Shown in pieces: positions 10,430 through 19,900 of a stretch of 64,000 nt of DNA. Made by a program: the position numbers and the translations under genes. Positions within the stretch are counted from its first letter, which is position 1, and each line of letters opens with the position of its first letter. The stretch is from a virus. The notes beneath the pieces were generated by a model. The model saw only the letters and a program-made list of their open reading frames with translations. It was not told the origin of the DNA and searched no databases. The stretch spans positions 49,569 to 113,568 of IMG/VR virus record IMGVR_UViG_3300045988_121676; one strand, written 5' to 3'.

Positions 10430-11160
10430 TGGAATTAAAAGATTCAGTCAGGGTAATGACTAAAGAAGAGTTCGAATCAGCAATCAACGAAGATATTAAA
10501 TTCGTTGAAGGAATTAAGCATTTTTTTAAACATGATGATGCTACGAGGGTAATGGAACACGTAAAGTCCGTGTTAGAGGCATCAGTAGACTACCACTACC
10601 CGAATCATCCTGAACCTGAAGCAGAACCTGGAGACATGGGAGAGGTTTCTGATGGATACCATACTTTCAATGAATTGTATCGGTACCGCATGTTGTATAA
10701 TGCCGCCTTCTTTAATCTATTAGCCAGAAACGGACAGGTTGAAGTTTGCAAATCAAGGAGACACAGCGATGGAGAAAAATGCTTCGGTTCTGATGATTGG
10801 TTTATTGTGATGGCGATCCTACCTACCGGTCAGGTATCTAATCACTATGAAAGCAAATACTGGGATTTGTTTGATGTTCCTGAAAGAGAAACCGCTTTCG
10901 AATACGATGGCCATACACCAAATGAAGCCTCCGACAGACTTGAAAAGTATCTCAAACTGCCTCGTCATGGCATGACATTCGAACAGGCTTTAGAACGGCT
11001 TAAATTAGGTCGTAAGATAAAAAGAATCGATTGGGGTAAAAAGTATATCTGTATGTTTGACGTAAATATATTGATGATAGATACAGGTCAAAAAGTAGCA
11101 TCAAATTGGAATCCAACCGAACATGATATTATGTCTAATGACTGGGAGATTGCGGGATGA
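10429..11160 (+). CDS. DUF2829 / Tad2-like (Thoeris anti-defence 2 family) domain protein with an unknown N-terminal domain
   Basis: C-terminal MTFEQALERLKLGRKIKRIDWGKK...WNPTEHDIMSNDWEI matches the DUF2829 pattern (F.EAL..LK.GKK..R..W ... W.P...D....DWEI), recognised from memory. Confidence 0.55.
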   Translation: MELKDSVRVMTKEEFESAINEDIKFVEGIKHFFKHDDATRVMEHVKSVLEASVDYHYPNHPEPEAEPGDMGEVSDGYHTFNELYRYRMLYNAAFFNLLARNGQVEVCKSRRHSDGEKCFGSDDWFIVMAILPTGQVSNHYESKYWDLFDVPERETAFEYDGHTPNEASDRLEKYLKLPRHGMTFEQALERLKLGRKIKRIDWGKKYICMFDVNILMIDTGQKVASNWNPTEHDIMSNDWEIAG

Positions 11161-11451
11161 GTTTGTATATCCGAAATAACATTAAAACAATATAATTTTA
11201 TTATAAGGTTTTAATGTACCATAAATGGTCCGGATATTAGCCTAAGCCTTGAAACGAAGGCTACGTTATTTAAGAATAGATAGTTACCTACGGATGTTTA
11301 CCCAAGTCTGTAGCTCTAAGGTAAGTGATTAAACAGTTCTGGTATTCAGGAACGGTGTTGCTTACTAAAAACCTTAAATAACATTGGCGATGGGTACTAA
11401 CAGAGTTTTACTCTGACTTATGTTGAATAAACATTAAAAACGTTTGTAGAT
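11161..11451 (+). ncRNA. candidate IscB omegaRNA (guide expected at the 5' end, scaffold up to the iscB ATG)
   Basis: 291-nt ORF-free, stem-rich interval filling the gap between the Tad2-like stop and the iscB ATG, where IscB omegaRNAs are encoded. Confidence 0.5.
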
Positions 11452-12672
11452 ATGGTGTACGTACAAGACATAAATGGTAAACCTTTGATGCCCACAACAA
11501 GGCATGGTAAGGTAAGACGACTGCTTAAAGACAAAAAGGCAGTCGTTGTAAACCTATGTCCGTTTACCATCAAATTAATGTACGTTACATCTGATTACAA
11601 ACAGGAAATTGTTTTAGGCGTTGATGCTGGAACTAAACATGTTGGTCTATCAGCAACGACGAAAAGCAAAGAACTTTACAGCAGTGAAGTAATTCTTAGA
11701 AATGATATCGTAGATCTTTTGTCTACCAGAAGAGAGCTACGGAAAGCAAGACGGAACAGGTTAAGATATAGAAAACCTCGTTTTGATAACAGAGTAAAAA
11801 GCAAGCGTCCAGGATGGATAGCACCTTCGGTGAAATACAAAGTAGACGCCCATATTCGTGTTGTTGAAAATGTTTGCTCTATATTACCAATATCTCGTAT
11901 TGTTATTGAAGTAGCTCAATTCGATACTCAAAAGATTAAGAATCCTGAAATATTAGGTAAAGAATACCAGGAAGGTGATCAACTTGAGTTTTGGAACACA
12001 AGGGAGTATGTTTTAGCAAGAGATGGACATAAATGTCAGTATTGTAAAGGAAAGTCAAAAGATTCTATACTGAATGTTCATCATATTGAGTCTCGAAAAA
12101 CCGGAGGGGATTCCCCTTCTAATCTTATAACTTTATGTGAAACCTGTCATAAGGAATACCATAAAGGTAATATAGATTTAAAGATCAGAAGAGGCAAGTC
12201 GCTTCGCGACGCAGCCGTAATGGGAATTATGAAATGGAGGTTGTATGAAGAGTTAAAATCCAGATACGACAGAGTTTTTATGACGTTTGGTTACATTACG
12301 AAACATAATCGGATTAAATATGGGATTGAAAAATCCCATACATCCGACGCGTTTGTCATTTCTAAGAATATTAATGCGAAACGAATCGAACGTCAATATT
12401 TAAAACGTTTAATTCGTAGACATAATAGACAAATACATAAAATGAAAATTTTAAAAGGGGGGAAGAAGAAAAACAATCAAGCTCCTTTTGAGGTTTTCGG
12501 TTTTAGGTTGTTTGATAAAGTGTTGTATAACAATAAAATATTCTTTGTTTATGGAAGGAGAAAATCAGGGAGTTTCAATATCAGGGATTTCAACGGAGAA
12601 AATTCAAAAGATGTTTCACGCAAAAAGTTTAAACTCATTAGAGGGAAGAGGCATCCGATTATATTAAAGTAA
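11452..12672 (+). CDS. iscB: IscB, OMEGA RNA-guided RuvC/HNH nuclease (Cas9 ancestor)
   Basis: N-terminal PLMP motif (GKPLMPT), RuvC-I GVDAGTKHVGLS, Arg-rich bridge helix RRELRKARRNRLRYRKPRFDNR, RuvC-II IVIEVAQFD, HNH CQYC..NVHHIESRKTGG..CETCH, RuvC-III HTSDAFVIS; 406 aa. Confidence 0.9.
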   Translation: MVYVQDINGKPLMPTTRHGKVRRLLKDKKAVVVNLCPFTIKLMYVTSDYKQEIVLGVDAGTKHVGLSATTKSKELYSSEVILRNDIVDLLSTRRELRKARRNRLRYRKPRFDNRVKSKRPGWIAPSVKYKVDAHIRVVENVCSILPISRIVIEVAQFDTQKIKNPEILGKEYQEGDQLEFWNTREYVLARDGHKCQYCKGKSKDSILNVHHIESRKTGGDSPSNLITLCETCHKEYHKGNIDLKIRRGKSLRDAAVMGIMKWRLYEELKSRYDRVFMTFGYITKHNRIKYGIEKSHTSDAFVISKNINAKRIERQYLKRLIRRHNRQIHKMKILKGGKKKNNQAPFEVFGFRLFDKVLYNNKIFFVYGRRKSGSFNIRDFNGENSKDVSRKKFKLIRGKRHPIILK

Positions 12673-12709
12673 ATGAACGGATTTAATAAATTTAATAGAA
12701 AAACGTATC

Positions 12710-13015
12710 ATGTATAATAAAGAAATAGTAATATGCGCGGCCATCTGGGTGCAGGACGGCAAGAAGCGTCCTCATCAGCCCACCAATATACCATCCGGCG
12801 CCGTATTTTGTGGATTGAGACATTGTTCTATCATTTCTCAGTTTGCGGCATACGGTATAGCTCATAAAAACCGCAGTGTTCAAGGATTTTTGACAAGCAA
12901 GAACCGGTTTCTGACGAGAGAAGAAGCGTCTGAGCTTGTTAAGAACAATAATCAGGAGATGGTAGTAGATAGGAATGCTATTAGAGAACAATTGTATTCA
13001 GAAGATTTATATTAA
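12710..13015 (+). CDS. hypothetical protein (101 aa)
   Basis: ORF 37 nt after the iscB stop; no stretch I can place with confidence. Confidence 0.45.
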   Translation: MYNKEIVICAAIWVQDGKKRPHQPTNIPSGAVFCGLRHCSIISQFAAYGIAHKNRSVQGFLTSKNRFLTREEASELVKNNNQEMVVDRNAIREQLYSEDLY

Positions 13016-13032
13016 CTAAAAAACAAAACAAC

Positions 13033-13308
13033 ATGGGGTTTAAAATCAAAAAGTCAATCATTTATAATATGATGAACGGCAATCAGTTAGAGTATGTATT
13101 TGACAACATTAATTTAGATCATATCACATTTAAAGGTAATGGTAAAGAATCTTTTTCATTTAACAGAGCCCTTGTTGAAAATTTAATTGAGACATTTGAT
13201 ACTATGCAGGATATATACTCTGATAATTACGGAATTAAGGTTTATACCGGTAATTGCATAATTCAACTGAATGTAAATCCAAAGAACTTAAGTGAATCCT
13301 TTTTTTGA
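13033..13308 (+). CDS. hypothetical protein (91 aa)
   Basis: co-oriented ORF in the island. Confidence 0.4.
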   Translation: MGFKIKKSIIYNMMNGNQLEYVFDNINLDHITFKGNGKESFSFNRALVENLIETFDTMQDIYSDNYGIKVYTGNCIIQLNVNPKNLSESFF

Positions 13309-13443
13309 CGTATATGATAGAGATGAGATGAAATTGATATATAGTATAAAAAATAGTATCTTGAAAGAAATGTTTATCATATGATTACCAAGCAGGACAT
13401 ATCATAAAAAATGGCGGAATTGAACTATTTAAACAAATAATAA

Positions 13444-13477
13444 AGTCGGGTACGTAAGTTATCCGACTTTTTTTTAT
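13444..13477 (+). terminator. rho-independent terminator (agtcgg/ccgact stem + T8)
   Basis: 6-bp stem, 13-nt loop, eight Ts. Confidence 0.5.
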
Positions 13478-13486
13478 ATTTGTGGC

Positions 13487-13810
13487 ATGGCAAGAGGTTA
13501 TTATTGGATACCGCAGACAGATGAAACGTTAAATGGCAGAAGCTATTACGTGGCTAAGATAGTAGGAGATATCACGTTTGATACTAAACGAAAAAGAATC
13601 GTATTTCAAGCTGATAGGTATTTCCCTGTAGGATCTGTTTTCCATTTTACGCACAATTGCTTCAACTATATCATAACTTGCCGACTTCGTAAGCCGGGGC
13701 TTTGGTTTGAAGCCAGAAGAGAGGATTCGGGCCCTATTTGCCCTGAAGATATTGAGCGCTTTGAATCGGGAAGGTTTATACACCGAGATGGGTACATGCA
13801 TTACATATAA
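13487..13810 (+). CDS. hypothetical protein (107 aa)
   Basis: ORF bounded by terminators. Confidence 0.4.
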   Translation: MARGYYWIPQTDETLNGRSYYVAKIVGDITFDTKRKRIVFQADRYFPVGSVFHFTHNCFNYIITCRLRKPGLWFEARREDSGPICPEDIERFESGRFIHRDGYMHYI

Positions 13811-13814
13811 GCCG

Positions 13815-13852
13815 AACTTGACAATTGGCGTCAAGTTATAATTATTTTTTTT
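13815..13852 (+). terminator. rho-independent terminator (aacttgac/gtcaagtt + T-run); a second hairpin aagctatc/gatagctt at ~13865-13904
   Basis: 8-bp stems followed by T tracts, just after the 107-aa ORF. Confidence 0.45.
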
Positions 13853-13925
13853 CATATCATTTTTAAGCTATCAGACTGAGAAGTTAGATAGCTTTATTTT
13901 TTATGATATGCTTGATTTTTAACTA

Positions 13926-13940
13926 CCTTTGTCTTATAAC
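13926..13940 (+). promoter_or_regulatory. candidate Bacteroidota-type -7 box (TAccTTTG matches TAnnTTTG) for the 2140-aa gene
   Basis: tacctttg about 22 nt upstream of the ATG at 13955; no Shine-Dalgarno present. Confidence 0.25.
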
Positions 13941-13954
13941 AAAAATGTTTTACT

Positions 13955-16900
13955 ATGACATCAACGTGTATTATTAAAAGAGATAATAGAAAGAAAGTTG
14001 TTTCTGTCTCTACCAGATCAGGGGACAGGTCTATGTTGTTTGATAAAATAGCATCTATTCCTCTTATGGAGAATAGGGAACGGGCTACTACTGTTTTTAA
14101 AACCGTATTTTCTAATAAGTTCTTAAAGGCTTTTGGCGACTGGAGAAAGAGAGTGCCTATCAATAAACAGGCCTACAATAAGGTGAAATCCAACATCTAT
14201 CTTATTCCGGAAGCTTATAGAGAAAGGGTGCTGGATAAGGCTTCTAAGATGAGTAATCCTGTTCTTGTATCAAAATCAGATGCACCTTATGGGATTCAAG
14301 AATCAGGCTTCGGATTCTATAGCCAAGATCTGGGTGATAATATTATGTTGGTGGATGCTATGGTTCCGTCAAGTATTTCCGTACCGGAAGGACCTGGAAT
14401 AGACGCCGGACAGTATCTACAAGATGCTATATCTTCGGACTTTACTCCCGTATTTATGGTACAGGATAAGGGTGTTAATTATATGGTTATAAAAGACGGT
14501 CTTAAGATATTTAGCCCAGAAGAGTTACCAGAAACAGATTCTAATCCTGTGGGTGTAACGTATCAGACCGGAGAGCCTCGTTTGTTTTTCATGAACGATC
14601 GTAATCAATTATTTGAAGATTACGGAGAAGCTCTTCGCTCTGGCGGGAATGATATTAGAATAGGATTCTTATCCGGCACCGTTCAAGAATCTACCGTGGA
14701 TGGCGTGGCAGACATTACTTACAAGGCTGGAAAGTATGTTCTTAATAATCCCAAGTCTTTTATACCGGTCATGACCGCTTCTGCTTCTACTTCTTTATCA
14801 ACGAAAGGCGGGATAATTAACTACCTTATAAAGAAAGGTCTTTTGTCCGGATCCAAGATATTCGATCCTGAAACAAGGAGCTATTATCTTACAGGAGAAG
14901 GACATACAGGACAAATTAGACTTTTCAATTCAGCATTATCCTACACCGAGCTCCGTAATCATTTTGGTTCCGATGTTTCCATGAACGACCAAGGTATGAT
15001 AACCATAAGCTCGTTGGATAATAGTAAGGTAACTATGAGGCTCGCTACCGGAGGAACGGAGAGGGTTAGCAAGGAGCAGATAAAGAACGATCTCAAGTCA
15101 GGAAGATACAATGAATTGGATGCTAAGTACGATCATTTTGATGCGCTTGTAGTTTCATTCATATTAGAAGACAACGATCTTTATGCTGATACTAAAGCTA
15201 AGATCGTATCAGATTATAGCAGGCAGGAACGTGATCAACGAAATTCTATTGTCGAGATACTGAAAACGCTTGGCGTTAGTGTCATAGGTATGACCGATTA
15301 TATAGAGAAGTACCAAACCAAATACGGGCATGAACCTTCTGCTAAGGCATTGGCGGATATTGCTAATAACGTAATAGCAGTTGGTGAAGATGCTACTTTA
15401 TCTGATTTAGTAGAAGAAACAGCCCACTTCCTTGTAGAGGCATACAGAGATCAGAATGCTGTTGAGGCTGTTCTGCAAGATGTGGAAGGTACGGAAGAGT
15501 GGAACCAATATGCAGGTCAGTATTATAATACATACGGTAAAGTATATGAAGGAGCTGAGCTTGATAATGCTGTTAGGAGAGAAATTCTTGGAAAGATCCT
15601 CGCCAGGGAGATGCAGACCGGCACAGCACAGGCGCCGGTAGAGCCCACCTCCTTCCTGGGGCGCGTCCGGCAGCTTTTCTCTGGAATCGTAAGCTGGCTT
15701 AAATCAGCTTTATCAACCCAAAGACAAGATTTGAATAACGTTATTAAAAACATTCGTGATCTTGCCATTACTGACATAGATAAAGGATTTGACACCTCTC
15801 TGTTAAAGGATAATGACTTTACATTATACTCCCTTTCTTCTATGAACAAGAACAAGTTTCTTGAGTCCAAGATCAGATCACTAAGAAAAACATTAAGAGA
15901 CTTACGTCAGATAAGCTCTGATAGGGCTGTAACTACGTCTATGACCCTTGCTCAGCTTAAGACCATAGAAGATAAGATAAATAAGGTAGAGACCGAAATA
16001 GACAAGAATGAGATGGCGGCTGCCATGAACAGCATGATCTCCACAGCCGAAGCTCAGGTCAGATACTTAAGTAATGTGGTGAACACCATCCTTCATGGTG
16101 ATACCAAAGACGGTAAGCTTCACTTCAATACCAATGATCGAAAGAACGTAGATATTATCAACAATCAGGTTCTTCCGATCATGAACGATCTTCGAGGATA
16201 TATCCGTAACAGAAGTACCGAATTTGATGAACGTGAAAAGCAGGATTATACAAATAGGATCAATACCGTCATTGCCGACATCAATGGTATTCAGTCTGAT
16301 ATTAAATCAGTACAAGACCTTGATGAAAGTACGTTGCTTGATAAGTTAATGAACGAACTTCATGTGCCGGCAGATAAGGTAAAGAGAGTAAAAGAATTTT
16401 TTGACAAGGTTCAACACGATGTTTCTTGGATAAGTAGGTGGTTTGGTATATTAGAGCATTCTTCCAGTCCGTTCAATAACGCTCTTGGAGCTATGATTGC
16501 CAAAGACAATTACAATGCGATGGTGAATGCCCAGCCCGCCATATCCGACTTCCTGGCATATGCGAAAAAGCATGGTTTTAACAAATCTGAATTTGAAAAA
16601 CTGCTTCAGAAAGTAGACGGCAAAACTTCTAATTACCTTCGTAGTGCTCTTGATATGGCTAAATACGATCGTAATAAGAAGCTGGCGCAGATGCGAGCGT
16701 TTGCGACTGCCATGAACATAGAGATATCAGAAGAAGAAATTGGTGATGTGGTTGACAATAACCGTAATTACGTATTTAAAAGAGAAGTAGTTGACAAGGA
16801 TGGAAATACGGTTACTGAAAACGCTAAATTCAAACCATCGTCTGATAGAGTTAATACCGATATTTTTACCATCGAGCAGGAAAAGATCTATACAGAGCAG

Positions 16901-19900
16901 ATGGAAAAGTGGGATGCTGAAAATTCGGAACTGGAATTTAGTGAAAGTTATGCCACAAGAATGGAATCCATATACAAAAAGGCTGAAGAAGAATTAGGGC
17001 ATCCAGTTTCTCAAACAACTAAAGAATATCTTAATGCTCTTTCCCGGCAAAAACGAATACTGAGGCAGCCTTTTATTGATAGCGGTGGTAATTTTGATGA
17101 GGTTGCTTACTATAAGAGTAGTAACTACGAAGAAGAAGGACTGCTTCGTAAACAACGTAAGGAAGCAGCTTCGGAATACATATATGTTGGTACCAGACGT
17201 GTTGAAAAAACCGGCGACCAACTTAAGATGGCTAAAGAAATACAAGCCATAAATGAAGTTTGGAGAAAAGAATCAAATAATGTCACTAATGCCGTATCAG
17301 AATCATTTTTGGAAAGATTGAGAACGATTCAGCGTGAGTCTGGAGGAGAAGCTGCGCTGAAGACACTTATGTTGGGAGGTCACCTGTCATTTAATGATCG
17401 GTTTTGGAATGATGTAGAATCGGAACAGTCGGCACGTACCGAATCAAATAACAAGGCTTCGTATCTCAAAATGGCGCATGATATCATTAGTTCTACAACA
17501 AGTGATAGAGATGCGACTGACGTGGATTCTATTGTGAAAGATATAGAAAAAAATAAGGCTATTATCAAGGAAATAATCGGAAACAATCGCGATGTGGCTG
17601 ATATCGGAGAGATTAACGAAGCGACATTTACCTCATCTGAAAGAGATGCTTTTAGGGCCGCATCTGAAGCTATTGAAGCCGATTACGCTATTTTGATAGA
17701 TTATGCTAAGATGGTGGGTCTTGAAGATATTGATAAGTACCTTACTAAAAGCAGTAAGGCTGAAAACGAAGTAAATCAGTCTTATTTAAATGCTCTTGCT
17801 GACTCCAAGGAAGTGGAATGGAAGTTCGTACAACGTCATACTACGGCGAAGAAAGCAAAAAGGATTCAGGCTTTAAGGGATAAGCTGTTTGAGGCTGCTG
17901 ATAACCGATATTTGTTTACCGTATCTGAAACCAACTACCTGTCAGAAAAGCTTGGTATAAGCAAAGAATTAGACGGTAGAGATTTTAGGAATGCTGTTAA
18001 TGCTAAGATGGCCAGCTTGTTTTTAAATAATACAAGAGAAGAGGGCATAGAAGAAGCTAATGCTATTGTTAACGAATTTGCCAGGAGCCAGGTCTTTTCG
18101 TACTATAAACGCATGGCGCCTACCGGATATGCGGCTATGATCGACAAAATAGGTCGAGGTGAGATAGATGTGGCGCAGATGGTTAAGGACGTACAAAACG
18201 GTACATCCACCCAAGATTATGGCATGGACATATCGTACCTGTCTTTCGACCCTGCAAGGGCATGGGTGGCTGAATCTGAAGCCGAAAATAGCGGCCGTAA
18301 TCCTGATTATGTAAAAGATCATGGGTATGGTCATCGAATGCCTAAGAAAAGCCTATATCGTGATGAATCGTATTTCAATGACTTTGGTATCAAGTATGAT
18401 GCTGACGGTAATGAAGTTGCTACTAAAAACGTAGAGCAGTGGAATATGATTCAAAAACTCAAGGAAATAAAAAGACAATCCCTTGATCTATACAAAGAGC
18501 AGAGCCCGAACCTGTATGCTATTCCACAGATATCAAAACAAGACATAGAACGTATGGAAGGATTGGGTATTAACTTCAAAAATACGGTTCGTAATTTTGT
18601 ATCAGATCTGTGCCTGGACAGAGTAGACGATTCTCTATACGGTAAAACCAGGCAAGGAGAAGTGTATGATCCGGAAGACAGACTTAGGTCTATACCCAAA
18701 TACTACATATATGAATTGGAGAACCAAGATGATGTATCTCACGATTTTGGCTACTCTTATTCTATGCTTATGATGCAGTCATCGTTATATAACGAAAAGC
18801 AGAAGTCTATAGAGCTTGCCCAAGGACTGGAGCAGATGTTACTGAATAAACAATTTGAAGGCGGTAAGAAGGCTGAAGCAACCCAAGCATATCAGATGTT
18901 CAGGGACTTCTTCAACGATCATTATTATGGCATTAGGATGAACACCAAAAAACTTACGGTGAACATCGGAGGATATACGGTAGACCTTACAAGAATTATG
19001 ATGGCTGTTGAAAGATTTATGTCGGTCATGAACTTGGCACTGTCTCCGTTTGTGGCAGCTACCGGCGCCCTGACAGGTCATATCAACCTCATCATGGAAT
19101 CTGCCGTAGGACAGTATATAAGCAAAGACTCCCTTAAATACGCATCGGCTGAATTTTCACGCCTTGCTCCATCTTGTATAGCAGAAACCGGAGACATAGA
19201 TAGGAAAAGCAAATTATATGTCATAGGTGAGAGAATGGGGATATTCAATATCCGAAATCGTATGTATGGTGCCGGATACAATAGAGTGGCCAGGACCTTA
19301 ATGCGTTCACCTATGTATGCTTTTATGGAAATCCTGAACTACCCTCTTGATCCGCAGGTTATGATTGCTACTATGGACAATGTTCGTTATTACAAAGGCC
19401 GGTTCTACACGTTCCAAGATTTCAAGATGGAAAAAGAACGCAATAAAGAACAGAGTACCATAAAAAGAGAATGGAATGCATTAAAAGATCGTACTTTATG
19501 GAGTATGGTAGATGTCGTGGATGGGAAGGTGGTTGTAAAGCCCGGATCAGGTGTTACTGTTGAGGAAGTTGAAACCCAGATGGCTATAACCAGGAATCAA
19601 GTCCGTAGCTTGTCGCAGATATGTAACGGATCTTTGAATGAAGAAAACCGAACTGCCGCATCGCGCAACTGGATAGCCAGGTTCATGACCGCCCACCGAG
19701 GCTGGCTGGTGCTGGCAGCTCAACGTCTGTGGAAAAGACGTGGCTTCAATTTCCAGACAATGCAAGAAGAGGAAGGGTTGTCAATTACGTTAAAGAATAT
19801 GATAGCCAAAACATTTAGCCTGGCTTCCGAGTCTGGTATGAAAAACATCATAGATGCCTGGAACGAAAATAAAGACAATATGAATGAGGTAGAAAAAACT

